The notes beneath the pieces were generated by a model. That model worked only from the letters and a program-made list of their open reading frames with translations, made no database searches and was not told where the DNA came from. This document shows, piece after piece, positions 1 through 13,317 of a DNA stretch of 64,000 nt. Position numbers and translations under genes: made by a program. Origin of the DNA: Eledone cirrhosa (lineage: Eukaryota); assembly GCA_964016885.1 (NCBI GenBank), contig OZ024742.1, forward strand, positions 49,290,001 to 49,354,000, read 5' to 3'. Each line of letters opens with the position of its first letter. Position 1 is the stretch's first letter.

Positions 1-163
1 TTCAATTCATCCTTCTACTGTTACTCTGATTCTATTGAAATAAAGGCAATATTACAACTTATTGCCTCAATGACCTTTTGAAGATTTTTAAGACTCTTAT
101 GAAATAATAATATATTTATAATAACAATGATAAAAGGAAAGTATCATATCTTTTATTATGAAA

Positions 164-310
164 TGGTGAATTGGCAGAATCACTAGAATGTTGAATAGAA
201 TATTTTGTTATTCATTCTGGCTCACTGCACATTGAGTTCAAATGTTGTTGAGGTTGACTTTGCCTTTTATCTCTCTTAGTTAATAAAGTACCAGTCAAAT
301 ATTAGGATTA
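164..310 (+). mobile_element. Old, diverged tRNA-derived SINE with Nin-like domain (family S2)
   Basis: A-box-like TGGTGAATTGGCAG, B-box-like GAGTTCAAAT and GAGGTTGACTTTGCCTTTTATC...AATAAAGTACCAG, matching younger copies at 39055 and 43812. Confidence 0.6.
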
Positions 311-1407
311 ATTCTGTGTGCACTTGCAGAACTAGATGTTAATTTGTAAGAAAACCTGTTTTTTTTTGGTTACTTTAAGTAGTCACATTTCTAGGTTCAT
401 TGATATTTTTCATCATCACCACCATTTAATGCCCATTTTTCCATGCTAGCATGGGTATACATATATAATGTGTAAAGAAACCCTTAGATCAAGAATGACC
501 ATGGGTTTTCCTCCTAGAAAGTTATCCTTTGGGGCACAAGCTCAATCAAGGGTGTTTTTTTTTAATGAAAGATTAGCAGTCACCCATGCATCGCCACACC
601 GATAACATTGTCGAAAGAAAAGCCAAAAGGTGATACACCTTGGCATTATGACATTGCAACTCATTTCTACTGCTGAGTGAACTGAAGCTATATGAAATAT
701 AGCAACTTGCTCAAGGAGACAGTGCATCACACTGTCCAGGTAGCAAACTCCCAACCTTATGCTTGTGAATCCAACTCTCTAACCACTAAGCCACATTATT
801 TCACACACATATATATATCATCATCATCTTCTTTATAACCATTCAATATTCATTTTCTATGCCTACATGGGTTAGATGAGCTGTCACCTACTGAGGTTAG
901 ACTCATCAGCTGATTACAACTTGCTCATATGAACCATTTTGGGCTTGGTTTCTATGACTAGATGCCCTTCTTTGTGTTTTGGGAGAATGTAATCATGATA
1001 TTGGTTGCTTTTTGTCATAAGACATGCACTATTGCTTTATAGTTTGGACTATGAACAAAATACTTTAAAAAACTGTTAAACTAATATACACATGCATACC
1101 AACTCCAGTACGTATGTGTATATGTATGTGTGTAATTATATATAAATATATATATCATCATCATCATCATCGTTTAACGTTCATCTTCCACGCTAGCAGC
1201 TCTTGCTACCAGGGAAAACAAATGTTAAATGATGACAATGATTATATATGTATATATAAATATATATAAACAATGAGTTATATGGTTTGTTGATTATTCA
1301 ACAAAGTTAATTTTACAACAGATTAGAAGCACTCAACAGCTTTTTATCTGGAGTATCATTAATAATAATAATATTAATAAATGGAAAATATCTTTATTAA
1401 ACCATAT

Positions 1408-1470
1408 ATATTTTAGTATACATATTTCAAGGGTTCTAATATTTAAGTACGCTTTCGTCAGATAAAATAT
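1408..1470 (-). ncRNA. Type I hammerhead ribozyme motif in a PLE-like fragment
   Basis: Minus strand reads atattttat-CTGACGA-aagcgtac...aaccctt-GAAA-tatgtata-ctaaaatat. Stem I has one mismatch. Same family as 9419-9482. Confidence 0.7.
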
Positions 1471-1635
1471 AATAATTGGTGTTAAGATAGTGATATATCT
1501 TCATGTGAACGTAATGGTATAAGTCCAGTGAATATATATATATGCACAAACGCACACACATACAATACACCTATGCAATATATACATGGAATGATGTACC
1601 AACAAAAGTGACAGCACTCTAAACTTTATATATAT

Positions 1636-1834
1636 CATCATCATCATCATCATCATCACCGTTATACGTCCGTTCTTCCATGCTAGCATGGGTTAGATGG
1701 GTTGTCCTGTTGTGGTCAGTGTCTGGTCGGCTGACCATGCCTTGCTCATACAGGGACTGATTTTGGCTTGATTTCTACAGCTGGATGCCCTTCCTATCAC
1801 CAACCTCATTTACAGTGAGTGCTGGGTGATTTTT
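1636..1834 (-). mobile_element. 3' half of an RTE-tailed SINE (family S3), interrupted; 5' half at 5914-6046
   Basis: (CAT)n tail, GCTAGCATGGG and CTGGATGCCCTTCCTA blocks. Continues collinearly at 5914 when compared with the uninterrupted copy at 37168-37503. Confidence 0.8.
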
Positions 1835-1850
1835 CTATATATATATATAT

Positions 1851-1884
<34 letters not shown>

Positions 1885-2069
1885 GATAAATCTACCAAGA
1901 GTTTACGGTAGTGTCCAATCCGTATGAAGAACTCAATGTATTCCGGATATCATGGAAAGAAGAGATGTAATGAAAAACCACTTTCGGTGAAAGATAAACG
2001 GTATACAGAGTCAAGATAAAATATTAAACAAATAATGAATAAACAATTCCTTATATTAAACAAAAAAAG

Positions 2070-2224
2070 TTCATTATTTAACGATCGTTTCTAGGATATA
2101 TATGTGTTAGAATTGGTATGCATATTCAACAGATCTATGTACAAAATTATACAAAATTATACAAATTATCAAGATTAAATATACATACCAAACACATATA
2201 TACGCCGTCTTCAGAAATAATGAA
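2070..2224 (-). ncRNA. Type I hammerhead ribozyme with very long stem II (left-arm copy)
   Basis: Reverse complement of 5423-5577. Confidence 0.8.
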
Positions 2225-2419
2225 GTATATTTATTGATAATAACAACAATTCAAAATTTCAGTTCAAAATTGACCAATGAAAACACAAAGGGCTAAATGC
2301 AGTTTGGTGTGTGTATATACATGTAAAACCCTTACAGACGAATTGCAGAATGTCATGTAATCATAGAATGGGATGTGTTTTGGATATATACCTAGTTAAT
2401 ATATTCTATGCAATTTTTT

Positions 2420-2487
2420 GAAAAAGATATGTATATGTATATGTGTATGTATATGTGTGTGTGTGTATGTATATGTGTATGTATGTA

Positions 2488-2532
<45 letters not shown>

Positions 2533-3652
2533 ATATATATGTATATATGTATGTGTATGTATGTGTATATGTATGCGTATTAATTTTGATTTCTATTTGC
2601 ATATAATTATATTATGCTATTGATGAAATACAATATCTGCTTTATGTATTGTATACCTAATTAACATATACTATTGAAATAAATATATAATTTTTAATTT
2701 AGTTAACATATAATTTATATTCTACTACCGATGTAATACTTTATTTTATTTTATTTTTATTTGTGTTTTTTTTCCCTATTACTAAATTCATTTCCTAATA
2801 TTGATACCATAACGTTATTAACTTTAATTTAGTTATACTGTAATTAATAATCTACTACTGTTTAACTTCAAAATTCTGCTTCAAATATTATAAACCTAAC
2901 TAATTTACACCTTAGAAGTCAATATGTTGACTATCTTTGGTTTAGTTAACATATGATTAATGGTATACTTATTTATTTTGAGATGCATAGATTTTGCCTT
3001 AGTTCTTGTTGGTTGTATTTCCTAACACTGAAAATATGTAAGAACATACATTGGATAAAGATACGGAAAATATTCTATGTTTCTTGAAACATATATTTAC
3101 TTTGATCCCCTTCTCCAAACCCCCCCTTTCCCCCATACTATTATCATCTGTATTTGTAAGCGTCTATGTATGAATATATATGTAGGTAGGTGTCTATATA
3201 GGTTTGGGTATTTATATCTAAATATAAAAATACATATATGCGCATGCAAATATGAATGTAAGATTGCGTGTGTATATATGAGTGTGTATATGTATGTATA
3301 TATGTGTATATATGCATTATATATGTATGTGTATGTGAATGTGTGTACGTATATGTGTATGTATGTGTATATATGTGTATATATGTGTATGCATGTATAT
3401 ATAGGAATATATATATGTATATATATATGTATATGTATATGCGTGTGTATGTATGTGTGTGTATGTGTGTTGTATATATATGTATGTCTCTCTATTTATA
3501 TGTTTATCTTCGTATCTATGTGATATATGTGTGTGTGTGTGCATGTATGCATATGTATGTGTTTATGTGTATTTGTGTGTGTGTGTTTATATATGTGTGT
3601 GTGCACACACACACATATATATATGTGAGTGTGTATATGTGTCTGTGTATAT

Positions 3653-3721
<69 letters not shown>

Positions 3722-3823
3722 TGTCTATGTGTGAATATATGTCTATATTCGTATGTGTGTATTTATGTATGTATATGTTTATATGTATGTATGTATATGT
3801 ATGTATGTATGTATATATATGTA

Positions 3824-3860
<37 letters not shown>

Positions 3861-3979
3861 CTTTATTATTATAATATAACTTATGTGTATGTGTGTATAA
3901 GTGAGGTTGTGTATGTGTATATAATATGTGTATATATAAGTGTAAAAAAATATATATATATGTGCATGTCTGTGTTTTA

Positions 3980-4015
<36 letters not shown>

Positions 4016-4121
4016 CGTGTGTATATATATGTATATGTGGGTGTTTGTATGTGTATTTATGGTGCTATAAGTGTGTTGATATCTATGTGTATATATATAT
4101 TTATATATATGTATGAGTGTA

Positions 4122-4154
<33 letters not shown>

Positions 4155-4850
4155 GTGTATATATATATATATATATATGTGTATGTATGTGTGTATATAT
4201 ATATCTCTATTAATGCGTGTGTGTATGTATATACATATGCCTTTTTATTATTATTTTTATTTGTATGTCTGAGTTTAGGTGAGGTTGTAGTGGTTTTTTA
4301 TGTATATACGCATATATGGATGCGTATGTATTTGTATATATGAGTATAAGTAAGTACATATGTATGTATGATTATATATCTAATTCTATGTATGAATATA
4401 CATGTATATATATATGTGTGTATGTAAGTTGTGTGTGTATGTATCTATATGTCTATGTGTGTGTATATATATATATATACATATGTATATCGATGTGCGT
4501 ATATGTACATGTATGTACATGTATGTGTGTGTGTATGTGTATGTATATTTAGATGTATGTGTATGTATATGTATATATATATATATATATGTATATGTAT
4601 GTGTATATATATATATGGGTATATATCTTTATTATTTATTTTTTATATATATGTGTATGTGTGTATGTGTTGCGTGCGTGTGTGTGTGTATATATATATC
4701 TTTATATATGTGTATGTGTATGTTCGTGTAGGTGTATGTGTGTGTATGACTGTATATGTATGTGTGTATGTGTGTATGCGTAAATATTTCTATGTATGTG
4801 TACATGTATGTATGTGTATATATCTGTATGTGTATGTATATTATATTATA
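2420..4850. repeat. Degenerate (GT/AT)n low-complexity tract
   Basis: Alternating purine-pyrimidine sequence with AT-rich interruptions. It generates the spurious VCIY-type ORFs. Confidence 0.9.
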
Positions 4851-5159
4851 TTCATTATATTTTATTGTTTTATTTTTTTATTTTTCTTAATTTATAGATA
4901 CATTTATATTAGGCAGTCTGCTCAGACAATTGAATACTGACCCCTCCCCCCCCTCCCACCTAATTTCTGTATCTTGATCTAAAAATGTGTGTGCCAGTGT
5001 TTTATGTGAGTGAATTAATATCCATGTGCTTATGATTTTATATCCACATATATAAATGTGAGTGGGGGTGTGTGTGTGTTTGTATGTTCGTGGTTATGTG
5101 TATATTTATGCATATACGCGTGTGTATGTGTGATTGTACTGATATGTGTGAGTATGAAA

Positions 5160-5300
5160 AAATATATTTATATACTTGACTTCATAAGTATCAATGCGCA
5201 TCTTATCTGCGCATTGTAAGCTTACAGAGACATTAACCTTGAAATTTTGTATTTGCATCCATCCTTTTAGTATGCGTATACAAATTATACATACATTTTT
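5160..5300 (-). pseudogene. Possible frameshifted GIY-YIG endonuclease C-terminus
   Basis: Joining frames gives LYTHTKRMDANTKFQ...LQCADKMRIDTYEVKYINIF (H...KF...E..YI..F pattern). Position and strand fit a PLE ORF end, but no YIG motif is visible. Confidence 0.4.
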
Positions 5301-5422
5301 GTAAAATATGTGTAAGGGTTTTACATGTATATACACACACCAAACTGCATTTAGCCCTTTGTGTTTTCATTGGTCAATTTTGAACTGAAATTTTGAATTG
5401 TTGTTATTATCAATAAATATAC

Positions 5423-5577
5423 TTCATTATTTCTGAAGACGGCGTATATATGTGTTTGGTATGTATATTTAATCTTGATAATTTGTATAATTTTGTATAA
5501 TTTTGTACATAGATCTGTTGAATATGCATACCAATTCTAACACATATATATCCTAGAAACGATCGTTAAATAATGAA
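5423..5577 (+). ncRNA. Type I hammerhead ribozyme with 116-nt stem II
   Basis: ttcattattt-CTGAAGA-[5440-5555]-GAAACGATCGTT-aaataatgaa. Perfect 10-bp stem I, palindromic stem III ACGATCGT, GUU cleavage triplet. Confidence 0.8.
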
Positions 5578-5622
5578 CTTTTTTTGTTTAATATAAGGAA
5601 TTGTTTATTCATTATTTGTTTA

Positions 5623-5670
<48 letters not shown>

Positions 5671-5674
<4 letters not shown>

Positions 5675-5906
5675 GGGACATATATATAAATATAAAATAC
5701 AAAATTAAGAATGATTTTCCAAAGGGCATTGGAAAGAAACCACAGCTAAATAAGGTACTCAATACATAAGCAGAGAAATTATATACTTATTTCATATAGA
5801 AATGGTTTCTATTGGACTAGAACTGTTTCATTCATTTGATATAATCAAGAATCCCTCCAAATTCTTGATTATTTTCCAAATGATTTGAAAATCATAGGCA
5901 ATGTCT
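5671..5906 (-). repeat. 236-bp segment identical (inverted) to 39819-40054: PLE tail, degenerate HHR and a MITE piece
   Basis: Base-by-base reading shows no mismatch. Contains GAAACAGTTCTAGTC with a decayed core TTGATTA. Confidence 0.9.
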
Positions 5907-5913
5907 ACACATA

Positions 5914-6044
5914 GCGCCTACACATCCACTTTACAGTGTGGGCTGGGTGCTTTTTTGCAATGGCACCGCCACGACCACCTTGCAGTGGGAGGGTGTGGGG
6001 TCGTATTGTCTATATGGTTCAGCTTGTACCCATGGGAGGTCGGG

Positions 6045-6093
<49 letters not shown>

Positions 6094-6280
6094 CCGACCT
6101 CCCATGGGTACAAGCTGAAGCATATAGACAATATGCCCCCGCACGCTCCCACTGCAAAGTGGTCGTGGAGGTGCCACGGCAAAAAAGCAGCCAGCCCACA
6201 CTGTAAAGTCGACGTGTAGGCGCCACGGAAAAAAAGCACCCAGCACTCACTTTAAATGAAGTTGGTGTTAGGAAGGGCAT
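5914..6280. mobile_element. Two S3 SINE 5' portions head-to-head around a (TA)n tract
   Basis: 5914-6046 (minus) and 6090-6280 (plus) are diverged reverse complements, and both end at GGGAGGTCGGGTA next to the TA run. Confidence 0.85.
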
Positions 6281-7125
<845 letters not shown>

Positions 7126-7271
7126 TAAAGAAAAAGAGATGAAATTGAAAATGCAACTGGAGTCTTATTTTAAAAAAATATATATATATTTTTATTTGGT
7201 TTCTTTACTTGTTTCGCAGTTCTTCTGCTTTTCAAAAGGTGAGTTGAGATGGAGGGTCTGTGGTTTTTCTC

Positions 7272-7330
<59 letters not shown>

Positions 7331-7416
7331 TGGCTGTCCGTTTGTTTACAAACGAACAAAGCGAACATTATAATAAATGTTCGCTAAACTGATACGTACA
7401 TATATATATGTGCCTG

Positions 7417-7503
<87 letters not shown>

Positions 7504-7918
7504 GCTACTGTACGTATGTATGTACGTATACATACATACTTACATTTAAGTAAGTGCCGTACTAAGAGTGAGAAATGAAATTTCGTTTCATTCTACTCCA
7601 TTTATCGTTTTCGGTGCGCCTGGCCGACTGAACTCACTTTATATGCAAATTAGGCTGCTCAGCCGTTAATTTTCATAAGGAAAGTATATACTTTCGAACG
7701 TTCAACCATCTGGCAGAAGGGTATACGGTGCTGACGATAGCTAACAAGCTTGAAACTAGTACATCGTTCCTGTGTCAGTGTTGAACAAAAAGGTGACGTG
7801 GTTGCCTTAACACCGTACGGCATAAATCAGGCTGTCCGTTTGTTTACAAACGAACAAAGCGAACATTATAATAAATGTTCGCTAAACTGATACGTACATA
7901 TATATATATGTGTGCCTG

Positions 7919-7977
<59 letters not shown>

Positions 7978-8083
7978 GCTACTGTACGTCTGTATACATA
8001 TATGTATGTACGTATACATACATACTTACATTTAAGTAAATGCCGTACTAAGAGTGAGAAATGAAATTTCGTTTCATTCTATT

Positions 8084-8087
<4 letters not shown>
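7331..8087 (+). mobile_element. ORF-less tandem HHR element (about 1.5 copies of a ~490-nt unit), retrozyme-like
   Basis: 7331-7601 is directly repeated at 7829-8087. The unique middle carries an intact HHR. Dense hairpins throughout, flanked by (TA)n. Confidence 0.7.
7725..7767 (+). ncRNA. Minimal type I hammerhead ribozyme, intact core
   Basis: acggtg-CTGACGA-t-agct-aaca-agct-t-GAAACTAGTA-catcgt. Stem III palindrome ACTAGT, GUA cleavage after 7761. Confidence 0.88.
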
Positions 8088-8142
<55 letters not shown>

Positions 8143-8146
<4 letters not shown>

Positions 8147-8450
8147 CGCAAGGTTGTGAGTTCAAATCTCAGACCGTGTGGTGTGTTGTTTCCTTGAGCA
8201 AGACACTTTATTTCACATTGCTCCAGTTTACTCAGCTGTAGAAATGAGATGATAGGGATTGATGTCACTATCATTCCACTGTAAAGTGGTCGTGGAGGTG
8301 CCATGGCAAAAAAAAAGCGCCCACCACTCACTATAAATGAGGCTGGTGTTAGGAAGGTATCAAGCTGTAGAAATCAAGCCAGAATCAGTTCCCGTCCCAC
8401 CCTTGCAAGCAGGGAGAAGCGGACGTAAAATGAAATGATGATGAAATGAT
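8143..8450 (+). mobile_element. tRNA-derived SINE (family S1) with CORE-like block and RTE tail, 5'-truncated
   Basis: B box GAGTTCAAATC, CCTTGAGCAAGACACTTT block, and tail CCCTTGCAAGCAGGGA.AAGCGGACGTAAA as in the RTE LINE end at about 32830-32862. Confidence 0.85.
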
Positions 8451-8468
8451 ATATATATATATATATAC

Positions 8469-8973
8469 AATGATATTAAATAAATGGAAACTATATTTAT
8501 AAAACCATATTTATTTTATTATATATATTTCAAGGGTAACCAAGACAACATCGGTACGCTTTCATAAGATAAAATACAAAGTTTCTTTTATAAATAGAGA
8601 CGTACCCATGAAAATCATACCTTATTGGTTGGAAATTCGCTGGATAGTGGGAATTTTTAATATTTTTTTAATATCTGTTATTAGATTTGTAACCACTAAC
8701 TAATTCTGGCTAAATATATCTTTCAACTTTTATACTTATTTTGACAAAATAGTCTCATACTAACGAATAAATAAACAAAACTGGAGTTTGTTCCGTATCT
8801 TCCCATTTTAAAATATATAAATATAAATATTCTTATTAACTCAGTTAAATTAATTTAATTTAACTTAATATTTACTTTCATTAAATACAAAACCAATATC
8901 CCTCATAACTCATTAAAACAATTATCTATAACACGATATACCCATCTATTCATTTATTTATCTATTTATCTAT

Positions 8974-9004
<31 letters not shown>

Positions 9005-9523
9005 TTGTTCTATCTATTTTTCTATCTATTTATTTTTCTATCTACTTATAACAGAAAATATTATATTAGAAAAGAATTTTAAACAACTAATTAATCGTAA
9101 ATACACGTACTATTTGATATATACTTACAATATATTTCCCCCAAATTAACGTTATATGAGTTTTATTCATCCTCTTGTTAATTTCTTCCCTCTATCTCTC
9201 TCGTAATATTTTTTATCTTTATCCACTTATATTTTTTCTCTCTCTCTCTTTCTCCAGTGTCATTTAAATAAACGGTTGTTTTTCAATTATTTACATATTC
9301 ATTTGCATATTCACACATAAGTTTGAATAATTCCTAATATATTTCCACTATCCAGTGAATTTCCAACTGATAAGGTATGAATTTCATAGGTATGTCTCTA
9401 TTTATAAAACAAACTTTGTATTTTATCTGATGAAAGCATACCAATGTTGTCTTGGTACCCTTGAAATATATATAATAAAATAAATATGGTTTTATAAATA
9501 TAGTTTCCATTTATTTAATATCA

Positions 9524-9525
<2 letters not shown>
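8469..9525. mobile_element. PLE-like fold-back element with ~185-bp inverted arms, each carrying an HHR
   Basis: 8469-8654 and 9341-9525 are imperfect reverse complements, with (TA)n on both sides. The left HHR (8512-8576, minus) has a mutated core CTTATGA. Confidence 0.8.
9419..9482 (+). ncRNA. Type I hammerhead ribozyme, intact core
   Basis: tattttat-CTGATGA-aagcatacca...tggtaccctt-GAAATATATATA-ataaaata. Perfect 8-bp stem I, (AT)n palindromic stem III. Confidence 0.82.
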
Positions 9526-9564
<39 letters not shown>

Positions 9565-10005
9565 GAGAGAGACAGAGAAGAAAATGCACCAGATGATGTG
9601 TGTTCCATTATAACAACAAGAAGACCAATAAGAAAAAGATCGGTGGTATAAAACTATGGGAAGAAACAATTGTCAGTGATTAAATACCTTGAACTTTTAA
9701 TTTTGGTTTATAAGCACATTGTAATTATATTATATATATATATATAAATGTGCATATAAAATCAAAGTAATATGTATATATGTTTTATCAAATTGCATAG
9801 ACGCACACATATATATATACATCTAAATAAATATACAGCCATAATTATATAAACAAACACCTTTTGTTAATTTAGAGTTGAAATTGAAATAGTGTGAGAT
9901 ACTTCGGTAGAAAACATAGATAATTGAAGTGTATATGCCAAAGTATATGTATATATATGTGTGTGTGAGTTTGTGTGTGTGTATGTGAGAGAGAGAGAGA
10001 GAGAG

Positions 10006-10043
<38 letters not shown>

Positions 10044-13000
10044 TTTTGACAGGGAGGAAGAACAACTAGTTGTGTTCAAGTATTGACTGATTATGCTTTT
10101 TCCGAAAGGAAATTTAAATGCAAATGGTAATAATTCATACTGTGATAACATGAAAGATAAAACAAAAATAAATATATATATATAAATAAATATATAAATT
10201 AAATGAAAGTTGCAATGTTATATGGAACGGAAGAAGGACTGCAAAGTAGGATAACTTGGTTCATCTTGATTGATGCAACAGAGTTTACAGAGTGCTAGGA
10301 TATGATAATTAGCTGATATTTCCTGTTATCAGTAGTGCTTGACTGATTTGCAAAGAGTACCACAAATGGTGATTTAATATACGATATATTTTATGTGCCC
10401 AACATTTGTTGTAAATTTGTGAAATGTTAAAAATTTTGTTTTTTATTATAGAAAGTTGCGTAACTTCAGATGAGTAATTGAAAACAAATTAACTAAGTGC
10501 CTTGTAACAGTTATCACCTAAATATATCTCTTGCTATACACAAGAGGAGCAATTAGTTATATGCGTCATATTGTACATGCCACTATCTGAAAAATAATGT
10601 TAACTTTTCTTATCCAAACCTGTATGTGAATACCCGTCTCTGTTTTCAAACTTTTTAAACTGTTCATGTTTAAAATGAAAAACTCTCATTGTTATTTTAT
10701 GCAAGAACCACTTAGTCAGGTTATGTTCCACACACCAGATTAATTGATCATTACTATAGCAGAGATGGTCAAAATAGATTCAAAATAGATAATGACAATT
10801 GCTGCTTAGAGTCTGCAAGGGTTATGTATGATATTGTAGCTATTTCTGTGTTTTGTGTATTCGTCTTGGCTGAGTGTGAGTACCAGCGTTGTAAAAGTAG
10901 TGTTCTTAAGGCAGTGAACTGATCTAGTATTGATAAGTTTCAGTTAAGTACCAGTGAAGTCTATCAAACTCTATCCATTTTCTTTGCTAAATTGCCCATG
11001 TACTTATTCAAAGGCTATCCTAATTTGATTGAACAGTGCAAATCATTAATGTTCTATATCTTCTACCAAACTAACCAATACATGTAAATGCAACCAGATA
11101 ACTTTCCTTGCATCACTGATCAGGTAAATAATTACCTTTTATCTTCCTAAGAGAATAACTGGTATACAATGTTCTTTCATTGTTTCATCCTATAGCTATC
11201 CAGTACAACTATCTCTGATTACAGTTGACTAGCCATTGATTATACTTTACTTCACTGAGATACTTATGTATCAAGGGTATGTCAACAACAGCAGTTATAT
11301 TTAAATCCTTGTATTGCATGAAAATTATCAATAGGAATATGAAACTATTTAATATTTAACTGTTGTGAATCATTAGATAAGGAACCAAACATAAAAGGTA
11401 AATTAATGTTAACATACTTTATGTAGTGAGCATATAAAATCAATTTAGAAACACTTTTTATGCTTAATATCAACACTAACAAATCTTTCTCTACCAACCC
11501 ACCCCAAACTGCCTCTGGTTCTGTGGAACAAAATTGACAAAGCATACAAGCAATACATGATTACCTGTCCAGTCAGGCCTCAGCATGTGATGGCTCATTT
11601 AACCTATGCAAGTATGGAAAATAGACATAAAATGGTGATAATGATGATGTTTTATCAAATTAATTTCTCATCTAATGAAAAATTATTTGGATTGCTTTCC
11701 TCAGAAATATCCAGAGTTCTTTGTTTTCATTTAAGTTATTGCCTCTTTAATATCCCCTTTTCCTCCAACATTTTCAAAACTTGACAAGATCTAAACATGA
11801 GAAAAACTTTCAGTCAAAATTCTCCCAGATATTGAAACCATAAAATTTGCAGCAATTTAGTATTTGGCTAGAATGGCTAAAATACAAAAAAAAAAAAATA
11901 AAATAAAATAAAATAATAAACATAAACCTTAGAATGATTCCACATTTGTAGTTACAAACTTTTACACAAGTGTTCATGTCTATGTAACCATCATTTTATG
12001 TGAGAGTGTCTTGTATAATTTGCCTTATTTTTAGCCCATTTATCTTTGAAATCCTTACTTAGGTTAGCCTCTGCACCTGGTAACACCAATTATTTATTCT
12101 CATACATTATTGTCAATTTTCTTTTGAGGAGAAAATGAACAAAAACCAAAATAAACAAATATAATTATAAACAAAAAAACAATACTAGTTATCATTGCCA
12201 TACATTTCTGCATATGTTCATATGCATGGGTGCACGTAAGTACATATTTATGTGTCTGCACCTATTTATTTATTTATGTACCCCTGTCTGTCTATTAGAC
12301 ACACACATGCACATGAACTTGTGCTGTAATTGATGTTGGGAAGGAATCCAGCTGGAAAGCCTTTGTTCTTGTTACTACATTTTTATAGTGTAATGCCTGT
12401 TGATCAATGTGAACTGGAAAAAAAACAAAAAGCTAACATGATTTTGTATGGCATATATTCTTACATACATTCGTATATATGCGCATCCATACATATTTAT
12501 GTATGTATCTTCTGACAAATAAAAAAAAAATCATACATATGCACACATACCACACATACATACATACATTTATATAGATGTGTGTATTTATATGAAAGAT
12601 TTGAGCATCTTTTTATGGTTTATGGTGTAAAGCCACATGCCTTTGTATTCTGTAATGGATTCTTTGGTATATCCAACTAATTAAATTAGTGATTGTCAGA
12701 AATAAGCAGTCAGGATATGTTTTACTCAGTGATTGTGAGTTCAGTCAGTGCTGATTCTTATGGTTGTTGTTTTATTTGTATACATGCATATTTTGTCATA
12801 GTTACTTAAGAATTATGAAAACCCTTCATCTCCTTATAATATATAACCAGCAATTTCTCTGTCTCTCTGTCCGACAGTGGAAACACGTGCGCGCGTGGGA
12901 ATGTTTTTTGCGCACGCGTAGAGAGAGAGTGAGAGTGAAAGAAAGAGACAGACTACGAGAGGGGGATAGCGGGAGGGAGAGAGGGAGAGAGAGAGAGTGA

Positions 13001-13187
13001 ATAGACGCTAAAACACGTGCGCGCGTGCGAATGTTTTTTGCGCACGCGTAGAGAGAGAGTGAGAGTCAAAGAAAGAGACAGACTACAAGAGGGGGAATTG
13101 AGGAGTGCTTCAGAAACATATATACATTTCTGTGTGTGTGTAATATATATATACACACACAGAAATATATATACATTTCTGTGTGTG

Positions 13188-13251
<64 letters not shown>

Positions 13252-13317
13252 ACACACACACAGAAATATATATGCATTTCTGTGTGTGTAATATATATAT
13301 ATATATATATATATATC

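Larger units (their letters stand above)
1882..5631 (-). mobile_element. 5'-truncated Penelope-like element with a 321-bp inverted terminal duplication, inserted in (TA)n
   Basis: 2016-2336 and 5311-5631 are reverse complements and each carries an HHR. The interior is a long degenerate (RY)n tract. A decayed GIY-YIG-like C-terminus may lie on the minus strand at about 5160-5300. Same layout as 41421-42353. Confidence 0.75.
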
